This document shows, in pieces, positions 18,791 to 28,629 of a stretch of DNA of 64,000 bases. The position numbers and the translations under genes were made by a program. The notes under the pieces were generated by a model. It was not told where the DNA came from. It was given only the letters and a program-made list of their open reading frames with translations, and ran no database searches. Origin of the DNA: SAR202 cluster bacterium AG-426-M11 (GTDB lineage: Bacteria; Chloroflexota; Dehalococcoidia; Lucifugimonadales; UBA826); assembly GCA_003213095.1 (NCBI GenBank), contig QCNV01000001.1:25340-89339 (forward strand), written 5' to 3'. The first letter of the stretch is position 1, and every line of letters begins with the position of its first letter.

Positions 18791-19559
18791 TATGAAAATT
18801 TGGTTTCCTATTTTCTCTGAAGGCTAATAAAAACTCTTTATGAGCTTCAGTATCTTGTGATTGTCTAAAAATTTTATTTTCAGTTGTAATAACTGTATCA
18901 AAATCATCAACAAAAAGATGATCTCTCATCATTTTTTTTATCTGACTTAATTGCCATTCAGGGTTTTGGGCAATTTCATTTGCTATTTTGATAGATTCGT
19001 CAATCAATTCATCATCTTCAAAAACATGATTAACCAACCCTGAATCCAATGCTTCTATAGAGTCTATAAACCTCCCGCTTAGCATATATTCCATAGCCTT
19101 CCCATATCCTACAATTTGAGCTAACAAGTGAGAACTCCCATATTCTGGAGTCAATCCAATAGCGGCAAACCTAAACGAAATTTTCGAAGATTTTGACATT
19201 AATCTAATATCACAACTTAGAGGCAGTGTAATACCCATTCCAACTGCAAATCCATTCAATGCACAAACTACAGGTTTTGATTTTTTAATAAATATTGGCC
19301 ATTTTGAAAAAGAATTTATCTTATTTTCTTTTTTCACTCCATTGACTGTATCCTCAAATCCACTCACATCCGCACCTGCAGAAAAGGCGCGTCCTTTTCC
19401 AGAAATCACAATAGCCCCTATATGAGGATCAGCATTAAATTTTTCAATTTGCACTCTCAATTCATATCCCATCAAATCATCAAATGCATTTAAAAATTCT
19501 TGTCTATTTAAATATATAATTCCCACCCTGTCTTGTTGCTCAACAACGATAGTCTCCAT
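18783..19559 (-). CDS. Enoyl-CoA hydratase/isomerase (crotonase) superfamily protein
   Basis: 258 aa. Oxyanion-hole segments SAGADV and ALNGFAVGMG. The positions of the two hydratase catalytic Glu residues read T and F, so the reaction type is unclear. Overlaps the downstream gene by 8 nt. Confidence 0.8.
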   Translation of the reverse strand: METIVVEQQDRVGIIYLNRQEFLNAFDDLMGYELRVQIEKFNADPHIGAIVISGKGRAFSAGADVSGFEDTVNGVKKENKINSFSKWPIFIKKSKPVVCALNGFAVGMGITLPLSCDIRLMSKSSKISFRFAAIGLTPEYGSSHLLAQIVGYGKAMEYMLSGRFIDSIEALDSGLVNHVFEDDELIDESIKIANEIAQNPEWQLSQIKKMMRDHLFVDDFDTVITTENKIFRQSQDTEAHKEFLLAFRENRKPNFHND

Positions 19560-19626
19560 ATTTTTACCTCAAAATTTAAGTGAAACATTTAAGCACAAAT
19601 TTTATTCTATAGATTAAAATTGAAGA

Positions 19627-20466
19627 ATGAAACTAATCTATTTTTCTTTTTTAGTCACCTTAATATTTTTATCTTCTTGCCAAAACACATATCAAAAAAA
19701 TACACATCAACCAAATTTAGTATTTGCTGTTTCTGATTTTTCAACGGGAAAAAACCGAATTGCATTTGGAATTATAGATCCAGTAGAAGGATCATTAGCG
19801 CCAAAAAATGTAAATGTACAAACATATTTTTTAGATGGTAATCCCAATGAATTAATCGATGAAAAAATTCCGGATTCTTATTTGTGGCCTAATAACAAAA
19901 CCATTTTTGTTACAGAATTAAATTTTCATAGCCCGGGAAAATGGGGAATAGGAATCAACATTTCAGAAAAAGTCCAAACTTCTGCGTTCATTGAAGTAAA
20001 ACCAAAAAGTTCAACACCCAATGTTGGAGAAAAAGCTATTCATTCTATAACTAAATCAACTACAAAATTACAAGAACTCCCAAATATTAGTTCAGATCCA
20101 AACCCATATTTACCATTTTATAAAATGACATTAACTGAAGCATTACATTCCAAAAAACCTACGGTTCTTTTCTTTACAAGTCCTGGATATTGTAAAACTG
20201 CAACTTGTGGGCCTCAAATGCAAGTCATGAAAAAATTACACAAAAATATACCCAACATTAATTTTTTACACGTTGAAGTTTATGATCACCCAAATAAAAT
20301 TCAAGGAAACTTAAATAACGCCTTGATATCTCAACCAATATTAGACTGGAATCTTCCTTCAGAACCTTGGACATTTTTAATTGATTCTAATCAAATCATC
20401 TCATCAAAATTTGAGGGATTTATCTCTGAAGATGAGCTATTAATTCACTTAAAATCACTGAACTAG
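19627..20466 (+). CDS. Secreted lipoprotein with C-terminal thioredoxin-like domain (CxxxxC)
   Basis: 279 aa. Lipobox LSSC at residues 15-18. The N-terminal ~140 aa look beta-rich. The C-terminal part reads KPTVLFFTSPGYCKTATCGP, resembling Sco/TlpA-type folds. Confidence 0.55.
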   Translation: MKLIYFSFLVTLIFLSSCQNTYQKNTHQPNLVFAVSDFSTGKNRIAFGIIDPVEGSLAPKNVNVQTYFLDGNPNELIDEKIPDSYLWPNNKTIFVTELNFHSPGKWGIGINISEKVQTSAFIEVKPKSSTPNVGEKAIHSITKSTTKLQELPNISSDPNPYLPFYKMTLTEALHSKKPTVLFFTSPGYCKTATCGPQMQVMKKLHKNIPNINFLHVEVYDHPNKIQGNLNNALISQPILDWNLPSEPWTFLIDSNQIISSKFEGFISEDELLIHLKSLN

Positions 20467-20495
20467 AACTAAGAAATCTATTGTATAGTTTATAT

Positions 20496-20519
20496 GCTGG
20501 TACCTTGTGCCAGCTTTTT
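20496..20519 (+). terminator. Rho-independent terminator after the lipoprotein gene
   Basis: Stem GCTGGTA (20496-20502) / TGCCAGC (20508-20514) with one G-U pair, 5-nt loop, then TTTTT (20515-19), 30 nt after the stop. Confidence 0.6.
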
Positions 20520-20536
20520 CTGTTGGAGAATAATTG

Positions 20537-23500
20537 ATGCCTATATCGGATTTTACAGAATTTTTAAAAAATTCAGATGAATATCAAAATCTTTACAATT
20601 CCATCAACAAAACTAAATCTAATATTCAAATTCAAACAATTGACGAATCAGTTGCATTTTTATGCTCTTCAATAGCATCTGACTACCAAAGACCAACATT
20701 AATTATTTGTCCATCAGCATTTCATGCAATAAATCTTCAAGAAAACCTTTCTGCATGGACATCCTCAAATATCTTGCGTTTCCCAGAAGTAGAAAATCTT
20801 CCTTACGAAAGAATTATTTCTGACAAGGAAACCTCCATGAGTAGAATAGACACAATTACTAAAATTACCAATTCAAATCACTTCCCTCTAGTTGTAAGTT
20901 CTGTATCAGCAATTTGCCAACAAACAATCGAATCATCTACATTAATTCTATCCTCAAAAGAATTGATGAGAAATCAAAAAATTACTATGGAAGAGCTTAC
21001 AAGATTTCTCCAACAAACAGGCTACGAATTTGAGTCTACAGTTACAGACCAAGGAACATTTAGTAGAAGAGGAGGGATTTTGGACATTTTCCCTGTAGGA
21101 TCTGATAATCCCTACCGAATAGAGTTTTGGGGAAACGAAATAGACAGCATCAGACGTTTTGATCCCGAAACACAAAAATCAATTAGTGAAATCAATGAAT
21201 TTCAACTTTTTCCTGCAAATGAAATTCTTCCTTCTTTTCTCAACATATCAAATTTAGAAAACCAAATTTCTCATATTGATTTACAAAATTGTGACCCTGA
21301 AAGCTCTGAACGAATTAACAATGACCTGAATGATTTACTGAATAAAGAATCAATTGATGATATTTCTTTATATCAGGGATTTTTCTCAAATGAATCTTTG
21401 ATTGATTACATGCCTAAAGATTCATTAATAATTTTATACAGGCCTGCAGACATATTTAATCATTACTGGGAAATTGAAGAACGCATACGTCAATTAAAAC
21501 AAAACAAAGAACATAATGGGCAGATACCATATAACTTTCCTATAAGCCATCAATCTTGGAATGAAATTGAAAAACAAATTGCTACCAAAAATCACAAAAT
21601 AGAAATAATGCCTTGGGGTTCTGAAACATTACTCAATAAAGATATACATATTATGCCATTTAGTTCTGCTTCTGCGTATAACGGTGACTTGAATTTATTA
21701 TCTCTGGAAATAAAAAATTTTAATCAAGACAAAAATACAACTGTTATTTACACATCACATCACACTCGATTAACAGAAACTCTAGATTCTATTATCCCAA
21801 AACAATTCATTATCTCATCAGAATCTAATCAAATAGGTCCAGGTTTTGTATTAAATACCAAAAACTCTAAATTAATGATTTTAAGTGACAGTGAAATATT
21901 CGGAATCACAAAACAGAAAAGAGGTATCAGAAAAAAATCAATAAAAAGACAGGCATTTTTCAATGAAATTTCGATAGGAGATTATGTAGTTCATGTAGAA
22001 CATGGAATAGCAAAATTTTTGGGTACTCAAAAAAGAAATGAAAATGAAAATGAGTTTTTGATTTTGCAATACGCTCAAGGAGATAAATTGTATGTTCCTA
22101 TGGATCACCTTGACAGAGTTGCACCATATTTTGCACCAATGGAGGCATCTCCATCTCTAACAAGATTAGGAACACAAGAATGGTCTAGAGCAAAAAATAG
22201 AGTAGAAAAATCTACAAAAGAACTAGCGGCAGAATTACTAAGACTTTACGCTCAGAGAGAACTAGTAAAAGGCCATTCAATGCAATCTGACACAAAATGG
22301 CAAATTCAACTTGAAGAATCATTTCCATATGAAGAAACAGATGATCAATTGACTACAATTTCAGAAGTAAAAGAAGACATGGAATCCTTAAGACCAATGG
22401 ATAGGTTGATATGTGGAGACGTTGGATATGGAAAAACAGAAATAGCTATCAGAGCAGCTTTTAAAGCTGTCATGGACAATAAACAAGTTGCAGTTTTAGT
22501 GCCTACAACAGTATTAGCGCAACAACATTACAAAACTTTTTCTGAAAGACTAAAATCCTTCCCTTGCACTGTTACTGCTTTAAGTAGATTTCGAACAAAA
22601 GCAGAGCAAAAGCAAATTCTCGAAAAAATAAATAACGGGAAAATAGACATTTGTGTGGGAACTCATAGATTAGTACAAAAAGATGTGAAATTTAAAGATT
22701 TAGGATTAATAATTATCGATGAAGAACAAAGATTTGGAGTTTCACACAAAGAGAAATTTAAACAGTTACGTAAAGAAGTAGACATATTAACTCTTACTGC
22801 TACTCCAATTCCTAGAACCCTACATATGTCATTAGCAGGAGTAAGGGACATGAGTACAATTACTACAGCTCCCGAAGAAAGACTTCCTATCAAAACATTT
22901 GTATCAGAATTTAGTGACGATTTAATTCGAGAAGCAATTTTACGAGAACTAGATCGACAAGGACAAATCTATTTTCTCCATAATAGAGTTAACAACATAG
23001 AATACATTGCGGAATATTTAAGTGATTTAGTTCCAAATGCTCAAATAGGAATTGCTCACGGACAAATGACTGAAAAAGAATTAGAAAAAGTAATGATTTC
23101 TTTTTCTGAAGGCTTAATCGATGTACTCGTATGCACAACTATAATCGAGTCTGGTTTGGATATTCCTAATGCAAACACTTTGATTATCAACCGCGCAGAT
23201 ACCTTTGGACTAGCTCAACTATATCAATTGCGTGGACGTATAGGAAGAAGTTCTAAAAGAGGATATGCTTATCTATTAATTCCACGAAGACAATCTATAT
23301 CAGAAACAGCAGAAAAAAGATTAAAAGCTATGTTATCTGCAACTGAATTAGGTTCAGGATTCAAAATTGCCATGAAAGATTTAGAAATACGAGGTGCTGG
23401 CAATATTTTAGGTTCTGAGCAAAGTGGTCATATTCATACTGTTGGCTATGATCTTTACACTAGACTTCTCTCAGCAGCTGTTGAGGATTTAAGAAAAGAA

Positions 23501-24004
23501 CAATCTAATGACGGAAATTCACAAAACATTTCATATAAACAATCTCAACAAATTAGTGTAGATTTGGGAATACCAGCTAGCATACCAAAAGAATATATTG
23601 AAGATATCACTATCAGGCTAAACTTTTATCAATCATTAAATAACATCAGAAACAAAGAACAAATTAATGACTTTGAAAAAGAATTAAAAGATCGCTTTGG
23701 TAATTTTCCAATAGAAGTAGAAAATCTTATTTTTGTATTAAAATTGAAAATTGAAACAGGATTAACCGGGGCACAATCAATTACTAAAAACGGAAAACAA
23801 ATTCTTATACAATTTCCATATAGTTTGTCGAATATGAAAAGTATCTTGAACAAAACTATTGGAGAAAGCTGGCAAATTGGAAACCAACAAATTAGATGTC
23901 ATATTGATGATTTAGGGGAAAATTGGGAAACACAACTTTTAGAAAGTATGACTAAACTAGTATCTCTTCAACAAGACCTTACAAGTAAAATGTCATTAAT
24001 TTAA
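20537..24004 (+). CDS. mfd: Transcription-repair coupling factor
   Basis: About 1155 aa. Helicase motifs GDVGYGKTE and DEEQRFGV, RNAP-interacting and TRG regions. ATG 20537 (GGAG SD) is preferred over TTG 20534. Confidence 0.95.
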   Translation: MPISDFTEFLKNSDEYQNLYNSINKTKSNIQIQTIDESVAFLCSSIASDYQRPTLIICPSAFHAINLQENLSAWTSSNILRFPEVENLPYERIISDKETSMSRIDTITKITNSNHFPLVVSSVSAICQQTIESSTLILSSKELMRNQKITMEELTRFLQQTGYEFESTVTDQGTFSRRGGILDIFPVGSDNPYRIEFWGNEIDSIRRFDPETQKSISEINEFQLFPANEILPSFLNISNLENQISHIDLQNCDPESSERINNDLNDLLNKESIDDISLYQGFFSNESLIDYMPKDSLIILYRPADIFNHYWEIEERIRQLKQNKEHNGQIPYNFPISHQSWNEIEKQIATKNHKIEIMPWGSETLLNKDIHIMPFSSASAYNGDLNLLSLEIKNFNQDKNTTVIYTSHHTRLTETLDSIIPKQFIISSESNQIGPGFVLNTKNSKLMILSDSEIFGITKQKRGIRKKSIKRQAFFNEISIGDYVVHVEHGIAKFLGTQKRNENENEFLILQYAQGDKLYVPMDHLDRVAPYFAPMEASPSLTRLGTQEWSRAKNRVEKSTKELAAELLRLYAQRELVKGHSMQSDTKWQIQLEESFPYEETDDQLTTISEVKEDMESLRPMDRLICGDVGYGKTEIAIRAAFKAVMDNKQVAVLVPTTVLAQQHYKTFSERLKSFPCTVTALSRFRTKAEQKQILEKINNGKIDICVGTHRLVQKDVKFKDLGLIIIDEEQRFGVSHKEKFKQLRKEVDILTLTATPIPRTLHMSLAGVRDMSTITTAPEERLPIKTFVSEFSDDLIREAILRELDRQGQIYFLHNRVNNIEYIAEYLSDLVPNAQIGIAHGQMTEKELEKVMISFSEGLIDVLVCTTIIESGLDIPNANTLIINRADTFGLAQLYQLRGRIGRSSKRGYAYLLIPRRQSISETAEKRLKAMLSATELGSGFKIAMKDLEIRGAGNILGSEQSGHIHTVGYDLYTRLLSAAVEDLRKEQSNDGNSQNISYKQSQQISVDLGIPASIPKEYIEDITIRLNFYQSLNNIRNKEQINDFEKELKDRFGNFPIEVENLIFVLKLKIETGLTGAQSITKNGKQILIQFPYSLSNMKSILNKTIGESWQIGNQQIRCHIDDLGENWETQLLESMTKLVSLQQDLTSKMSLI

Positions 24005-24697
24005 TAAACTGGAATATAATTCATCCATATTCATAACTCTTAAACATCTATCGAACTCTGGATGATTTCTATCTCTATCCATCAAAACAGGAGTAATTCC
24101 GGCATTTTCTGCTCCACTGATATCTGAAAAAATTTGATCACCTATATGGAAAGCATCATTTTTAGAAAAATTCGAAATATTCAAAGCATACTCAAAAATT
24201 TTATTATCAGGTTTTTCTACGCCCACATCTTTAGATGTAACAGCAAAATCAACAAATTTTTCTAAATTAAATTGTTGTAACAATTGAGTACCCGAAATAT
24301 TCATATTTGAAATCACTAAAATTTTATAACCCAAATTTATCAATTTTTGTAAATTTGATAAAACATCATCAAAAATTTTCATTTCATATGGAATTTCTCT
24401 AACAACTTTCCATATTTCGCCCGCAAAATTCTGATCAATGTGTATATCACAGCCCGACAATACTAATTTTTCATATTCACAAAAAAATTTAAATTTTTCA
24501 GACTCATTCATCAATCTTAATGGTTGAGTTGAATTTTGGTGAGACATTAAATCATCTGCTAACTTATAACCTTTAAGTATTCCTGCTTCAGACACAGATA
24601 AACCAAATTGATTACATGCTTTAGATTGAATCTCGAATCTAGTAGGATTAAACCCCGCAAGAGTTCCGTATAAATCAAAAAATAATATTTTTTTCAT
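23996..24697 (-). CDS. HAD-superfamily hydrolase, L-2-haloacid dehalogenase-like (DxYGT motif)
   Basis: 233 aa. Motif I is FFDLYGTL, with Tyr in place of the second Asp as in type II haloacid dehalogenases. VISNMN and GDQIFSD motifs. Its 3' end overlaps the mfd 3' end by 9 nt. Confidence 0.65.
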   Translation of the reverse strand: MKKILFFDLYGTLAGFNPTRFEIQSKACNQFGLSVSEAGILKGYKLADDLMSHQNSTQPLRLMNESEKFKFFCEYEKLVLSGCDIHIDQNFAGEIWKVVREIPYEMKIFDDVLSNLQKLINLGYKILVISNMNISGTQLLQQFNLEKFVDFAVTSKDVGVEKPDNKIFEYALNISNFSKNDAFHIGDQIFSDISGAENAGITPVLMDRDRNHPEFDRCLRVMNMDELYSSLLN

Positions 24698-24746
24698 TTC
24701 TCAAATATAATACCATTCGACAACACTCATTAATTAAGGTGGCTCT

Positions 24747-25610
24747 ATGACAAAACAATACATTCAATCAGAAACTATTGGCAAAGTATTATTACTCACC
24801 ATGCATGACCCAGACACTAGAAATGCTATTGGGGAAGAAATGGCGGGTCAACTTGAAGAAGAATTAGATAGATTTGAGTTTAGTTCTAATCTTCGCACTT
24901 TAGTACTCACAGGATCAGATCCGTCTTTTTGCTCTGGAGCAAATGTAAAATCATGGGATAAGGATAATAAAACAACTCAAAGAGAAGAAATCCCTCAAGA
25001 CAGGTCTCCATGGGATTTATTAAACGAAGCTTGGGAAAAACAATCTTTGATACCAGGTAGACCTAAAGATTTTATCGATCCTGTTAGATTAATTCCTGTG
25101 AGGCTACATAATCTTCAAAAACCGTCCATTGCAGCAGTAAACGGACCTGCCATGGGATTAGGATGCGGAATTGCATTATCATGTGATATTCGTTACGCAT
25201 CTGAAAATGCTAAATTTTCTGAGATGTTTGTAAAGCGTGGATTGATACCAGCAGATGGATCATGCTGGCAACTACCCAGAATGATAGGCTTATCAAGAAC
25301 ACTACTATTACAATACACAGGCGACATTTTAGATGCACAAACCGCTTTAGAACTAGGAATTGTCAATGAAGTATGTGATCAAAATAAAATTTTAGAATCT
25401 AGTATAGAACTTGCTGAAAAAATTTCTAATGGGGCCACCTATGGTATGTCATTAATTAAAAAATTAGTTCACGAATCTCAATTTATTGATTTTGAAACAA
25501 GTATAAAATTAGCCGGCCCTGCTCAAGAAATAGCTAGAAGAACAAAAGATCATAAAGAAGGAGTGACAGCATTTATCGAAAAAAGAAAACCAAACTTTAT
25601 AGGTAAATAA
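24747..25610 (+). CDS. Enoyl-CoA hydratase/isomerase (crotonase) superfamily protein
   Basis: 287 aa. CSGANV and AVNGPAMGLGCG oxyanion segments. About 50-aa insertion after the first segment. Confidence 0.8.
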   Translation: MTKQYIQSETIGKVLLLTMHDPDTRNAIGEEMAGQLEEELDRFEFSSNLRTLVLTGSDPSFCSGANVKSWDKDNKTTQREEIPQDRSPWDLLNEAWEKQSLIPGRPKDFIDPVRLIPVRLHNLQKPSIAAVNGPAMGLGCGIALSCDIRYASENAKFSEMFVKRGLIPADGSCWQLPRMIGLSRTLLLQYTGDILDAQTALELGIVNEVCDQNKILESSIELAEKISNGATYGMSLIKKLVHESQFIDFETSIKLAGPAQEIARRTKDHKEGVTAFIEKRKPNFIGK

Positions 25611-26213
25611 TTACTGATTATCAAACCAATTTATAGCAGACACTAACGAATGAGGTGAGTCCTCATGAAATTGATGGCCTCCACCTTCTAATTCAGTCAC
25701 AAAACACTTCGACTGTTTCTCTCGAATTGTTATTGCTAATGGATGAGATATAACATCACTTTGTCTACCTCTAATATATAAAGAAGGTATCAGCATTTCT
25801 TCCCATTCTTTCCAAATTTCCGGATTAGAAAAATCAGTTTCAATCAAAATCAATTTTTTGATTAGATTTGGCCTCCGATTTGCAATAAATATTCCACATT
25901 CACCTCCAAAGCCATGTCCTATAATATAAAAGGAGTTATAAACAGATTGATCCAAATAATCCAGAACATCTGAAACACACGTACTAATATCAACTTTTTC
26001 AAAAGATGAATTTAGACCATGTCCTCTAAAATCAATTTGAACCACGTTAAATTTTCCACTTAATTCTTTAGTAATTTTTTCCCAAGATTTAGAACTATCT
26101 CCAAATTCATGAAGCAATAGTATAGATATATAATCTTGTTCATTTTTTACCGGGTCATAATTTTGTAAATAATTTAAACTCAAGGATTCTGAGTTATTAT
26201 AGGAATAATTCAT
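25611..26213 (-). CDS. Minimal alpha/beta-hydrolase-fold protein with Gly at the nucleophile position
   Basis: 200 aa. HEFGDSS oxyanion region. The nucleophile elbow reads IIGHGFGG (GxSxG expected). Candidate Asp (RQSDV) and His (GGGHQFHED) are retained. Confidence 0.6.
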   Translation of the reverse strand: MNYSYNNSESLSLNYLQNYDPVKNEQDYISILLLHEFGDSSKSWEKITKELSGKFNVVQIDFRGHGLNSSFEKVDISTCVSDVLDYLDQSVYNSFYIIGHGFGGECGIFIANRRPNLIKKLILIETDFSNPEIWKEWEEMLIPSLYIRGRQSDVISHPLAITIREKQSKCFVTELEGGGHQFHEDSPHSLVSAINWFDNQ

Positions 26214-26217
26214 ATAA

Positions 26218-26835
26218 TTAGTTTAAACTCCGAAATGATTCTATATTTTCACCAAACTCAACATTGATATCATTCCTTAAAATTTCTTCAATAATTTTAT
26301 CTAATTTACCTTCTGAAATTGACCCTACCCATCTTCCTAAAATCTTATTATCAAAAACAAAAAACGTTACAGGAATTCCAGTGACTCCATAATCTACAGT
26401 AATACTCCCATCAGTATCATAGACATTAGGATAAGTCACAGAAAATTCATTAATGTAATTGATTGCATCAACAGGACTAGAGCCATCTTGAATATTAATT
26501 CCTAAAAAAGAAACACCTTTATTTCTATATTTTTTATATAGTCTCTGAAATCCTGGTGTTTCATCTCTACAAGGGGGACACCAAGATGCCCAAAAATTTA
26601 AAACTAAAACATTTTCAGAAAAATCATTTATAGAAACAAACGCCTTTTTCTCAGAAGAATCAATTATAGGAGCAATAAAACGAGGGGCTTCTTTTCCTAT
26701 TAGTACTGCCCCACTCCTCCCAGTTGCTGAAGTCTGATTAGATAAACCTATGGCTAATAAAGACGTAAATCCTAATATTATGACTCCAATCAGTAGAATC
26801 AAGATACTTTTTGTTAAGTTTTTATTTGAGTTCAT
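26218..26835 (-). CDS. TlpA/ResA-family membrane-anchored thiol:disulfide oxidoreductase
   Basis: 205 aa. N-terminal TM anchor, NFWASWCPPCRDE active site. Confidence 0.8.
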   Translation of the reverse strand: MNSNKNLTKSILILLIGVIILGFTSLLAIGLSNQTSATGRSGAVLIGKEAPRFIAPIIDSSEKKAFVSINDFSENVLVLNFWASWCPPCRDETPGFQRLYKKYRNKGVSFLGINIQDGSSPVDAINYINEFSVTYPNVYDTDGSITVDYGVTGIPVTFFVFDNKILGRWVGSISEGKLDKIIEEILRNDINVEFGENIESFRSLN

Positions 26836-26881
26836 ATCTCAATATTAATAGTAAATCTAAAAATAACACATACTCTATTTA

Positions 26882-28522
26882 CTAAAAATTCGACCTACGA
26901 TCTTCCAAATTTGTATGAATATCTAATAAGACTGTTTTTCCTTCAGAATTAAGTTTTTTAGCTTGCTCTAGAGCATCAGCAACATCTCCTGGTTTTGTGA
27001 CAGTGATTCCCACTGCACCCAAACCTTCTGCAATTTTTGCATAATCTCCAGTCATATATGTTGTTCCAAAAGATTCTCTAGCTGTTGGATATCCTCCAGG
27101 ATATGTAGCCATACCACCATTATTTAACAAGATTGTAGTGATAGGAGCTTTAGCCCTTACTGAAGTTTCTATATCTAGACCTGACATTCCAAAAGCGCCA
27201 TCACCCATTATGTTGACACAAAATTTATCTGGACAAGCTATCTTTACGCCTGTCATTAAAGGAATACCATAACCTAAATGAGTTGTCTTTCCCCAACCAA
27301 CATAACTATGCGGAACGGTGCCAGGATAAAACGGCATAATGATATCTCTTGGAGCTCCAGCATCGTGAGTTACTATACTGTTCTCAAGATCTAATACTTT
27401 CATCATTTCTCCAACAACCCTATAAGCACTAATAGGAACTTCTTCTGAATCTAGTACTGGTTGCCATTGTGACATCCATTTTTGATTAATATCAGAAATT
27501 TGTTGTGAAATTTCGTCACTAGATTTTTTACCTTGGTCTCCCAAAATCCCTTTAACTTCATCAATCATCATTCTTAAAGTTAACTTTGCATCACCTACTA
27601 ACCCAACACTAATATCATAATCTTTATTAATGTCAGCTATAGTCTCTGTACTTTGAATCATAGTCTTACCATCAGGAATAGGTTGTCCATATGACGTTCT
27701 AGTTAAGCTAGATCCTACAGCAAACAACACATCAGATTCTTGTAACCATGTTCTTGCTTGTAATGATGTAGTCCCACTGCCAGAACCTAATGCTAAAGGA
27801 TGCCTCTGGTCAAATCCGGACTTACCTGGCATAGTGCAATACACTGGAATTTGAGTTAATTCTGCTAATTCTGTCAATTCTTCAGAAGCATCAGACATGA
27901 GCACTCCCATTCCTGACCAAATAACAGGCTTTTTAGCTTGTAATAAAATTTTAACTGCTTCACTCACATGAGAAGGCTCAGGTGCAAATCTATATCTCTG
28001 TGGAGATACATAAGATGCAACAATAGAATCATCCACTTCCATTTCAGCTACATCCCCTGGAATTTCAACTATCACAGGACCTGGTCTTCCATTTCTCAAT
28101 GCATGAAAAGCCCTTCTCATTACTGAAGCAACTTGATTTGGTTGAAATATGACCTCTGAAGAAACAGATACAGACTGATATGTTCTAGCTGGTGAAAAAT
28201 TTGGCTTTACAGATCTAGATGCCACTGGAGATCCGCCAGGCAAATACAATATTGGAACATTGTCTGCATAAGCTTGAGCTAAGCCACCCATAGTGTTTTC
28301 AGAACCAGGGCCACCTTGTGTAACCAAAACTCCAAATTCTTCACGATTTTTCATTCTGCTAAAACCATCGACGGCCATAGCAGCTCCTCGTTCTTGCCTA
28401 AACATGATCGGATTAATTCCAGCCTGAGCTATTGATTCGATCAAATTATTGGACGGAAAACATCCTACCCACTGAATCCCTTCGACTTTTAATATTTGAG
28501 CAACAGCATCATTGACTTTCAT
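26882..28522 (-). CDS. Thiamine-diphosphate-dependent enzyme, acetolactate-synthase-like family (substrate unknown)
   Basis: 546 aa. Three-domain layout, TPP-binding motif GDGAFGMSG...NNGG. Confidence 0.8.
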   Translation of the reverse strand: MKVNDAVAQILKVEGIQWVGCFPSNNLIESIAQAGINPIMFRQERGAAMAVDGFSRMKNREEFGVLVTQGGPGSENTMGGLAQAYADNVPILYLPGGSPVASRSVKPNFSPARTYQSVSVSSEVIFQPNQVASVMRRAFHALRNGRPGPVIVEIPGDVAEMEVDDSIVASYVSPQRYRFAPEPSHVSEAVKILLQAKKPVIWSGMGVLMSDASEELTELAELTQIPVYCTMPGKSGFDQRHPLALGSGSGTTSLQARTWLQESDVLFAVGSSLTRTSYGQPIPDGKTMIQSTETIADINKDYDISVGLVGDAKLTLRMMIDEVKGILGDQGKKSSDEISQQISDINQKWMSQWQPVLDSEEVPISAYRVVGEMMKVLDLENSIVTHDAGAPRDIIMPFYPGTVPHSYVGWGKTTHLGYGIPLMTGVKIACPDKFCVNIMGDGAFGMSGLDIETSVRAKAPITTILLNNGGMATYPGGYPTARESFGTTYMTGDYAKIAEGLGAVGITVTKPGDVADALEQAKKLNSEGKTVLLDIHTNLEDRRSNF

Positions 28523-28629
28523 TTTTATTTCTCCAATTCATACAATATGTTTTCTAAATGGGCTAAAATTCAGCATCATTGTAAATATAAGAGTTATCAT
28601 AATCAACTCATCTAATTTTAGAGAGCAAC

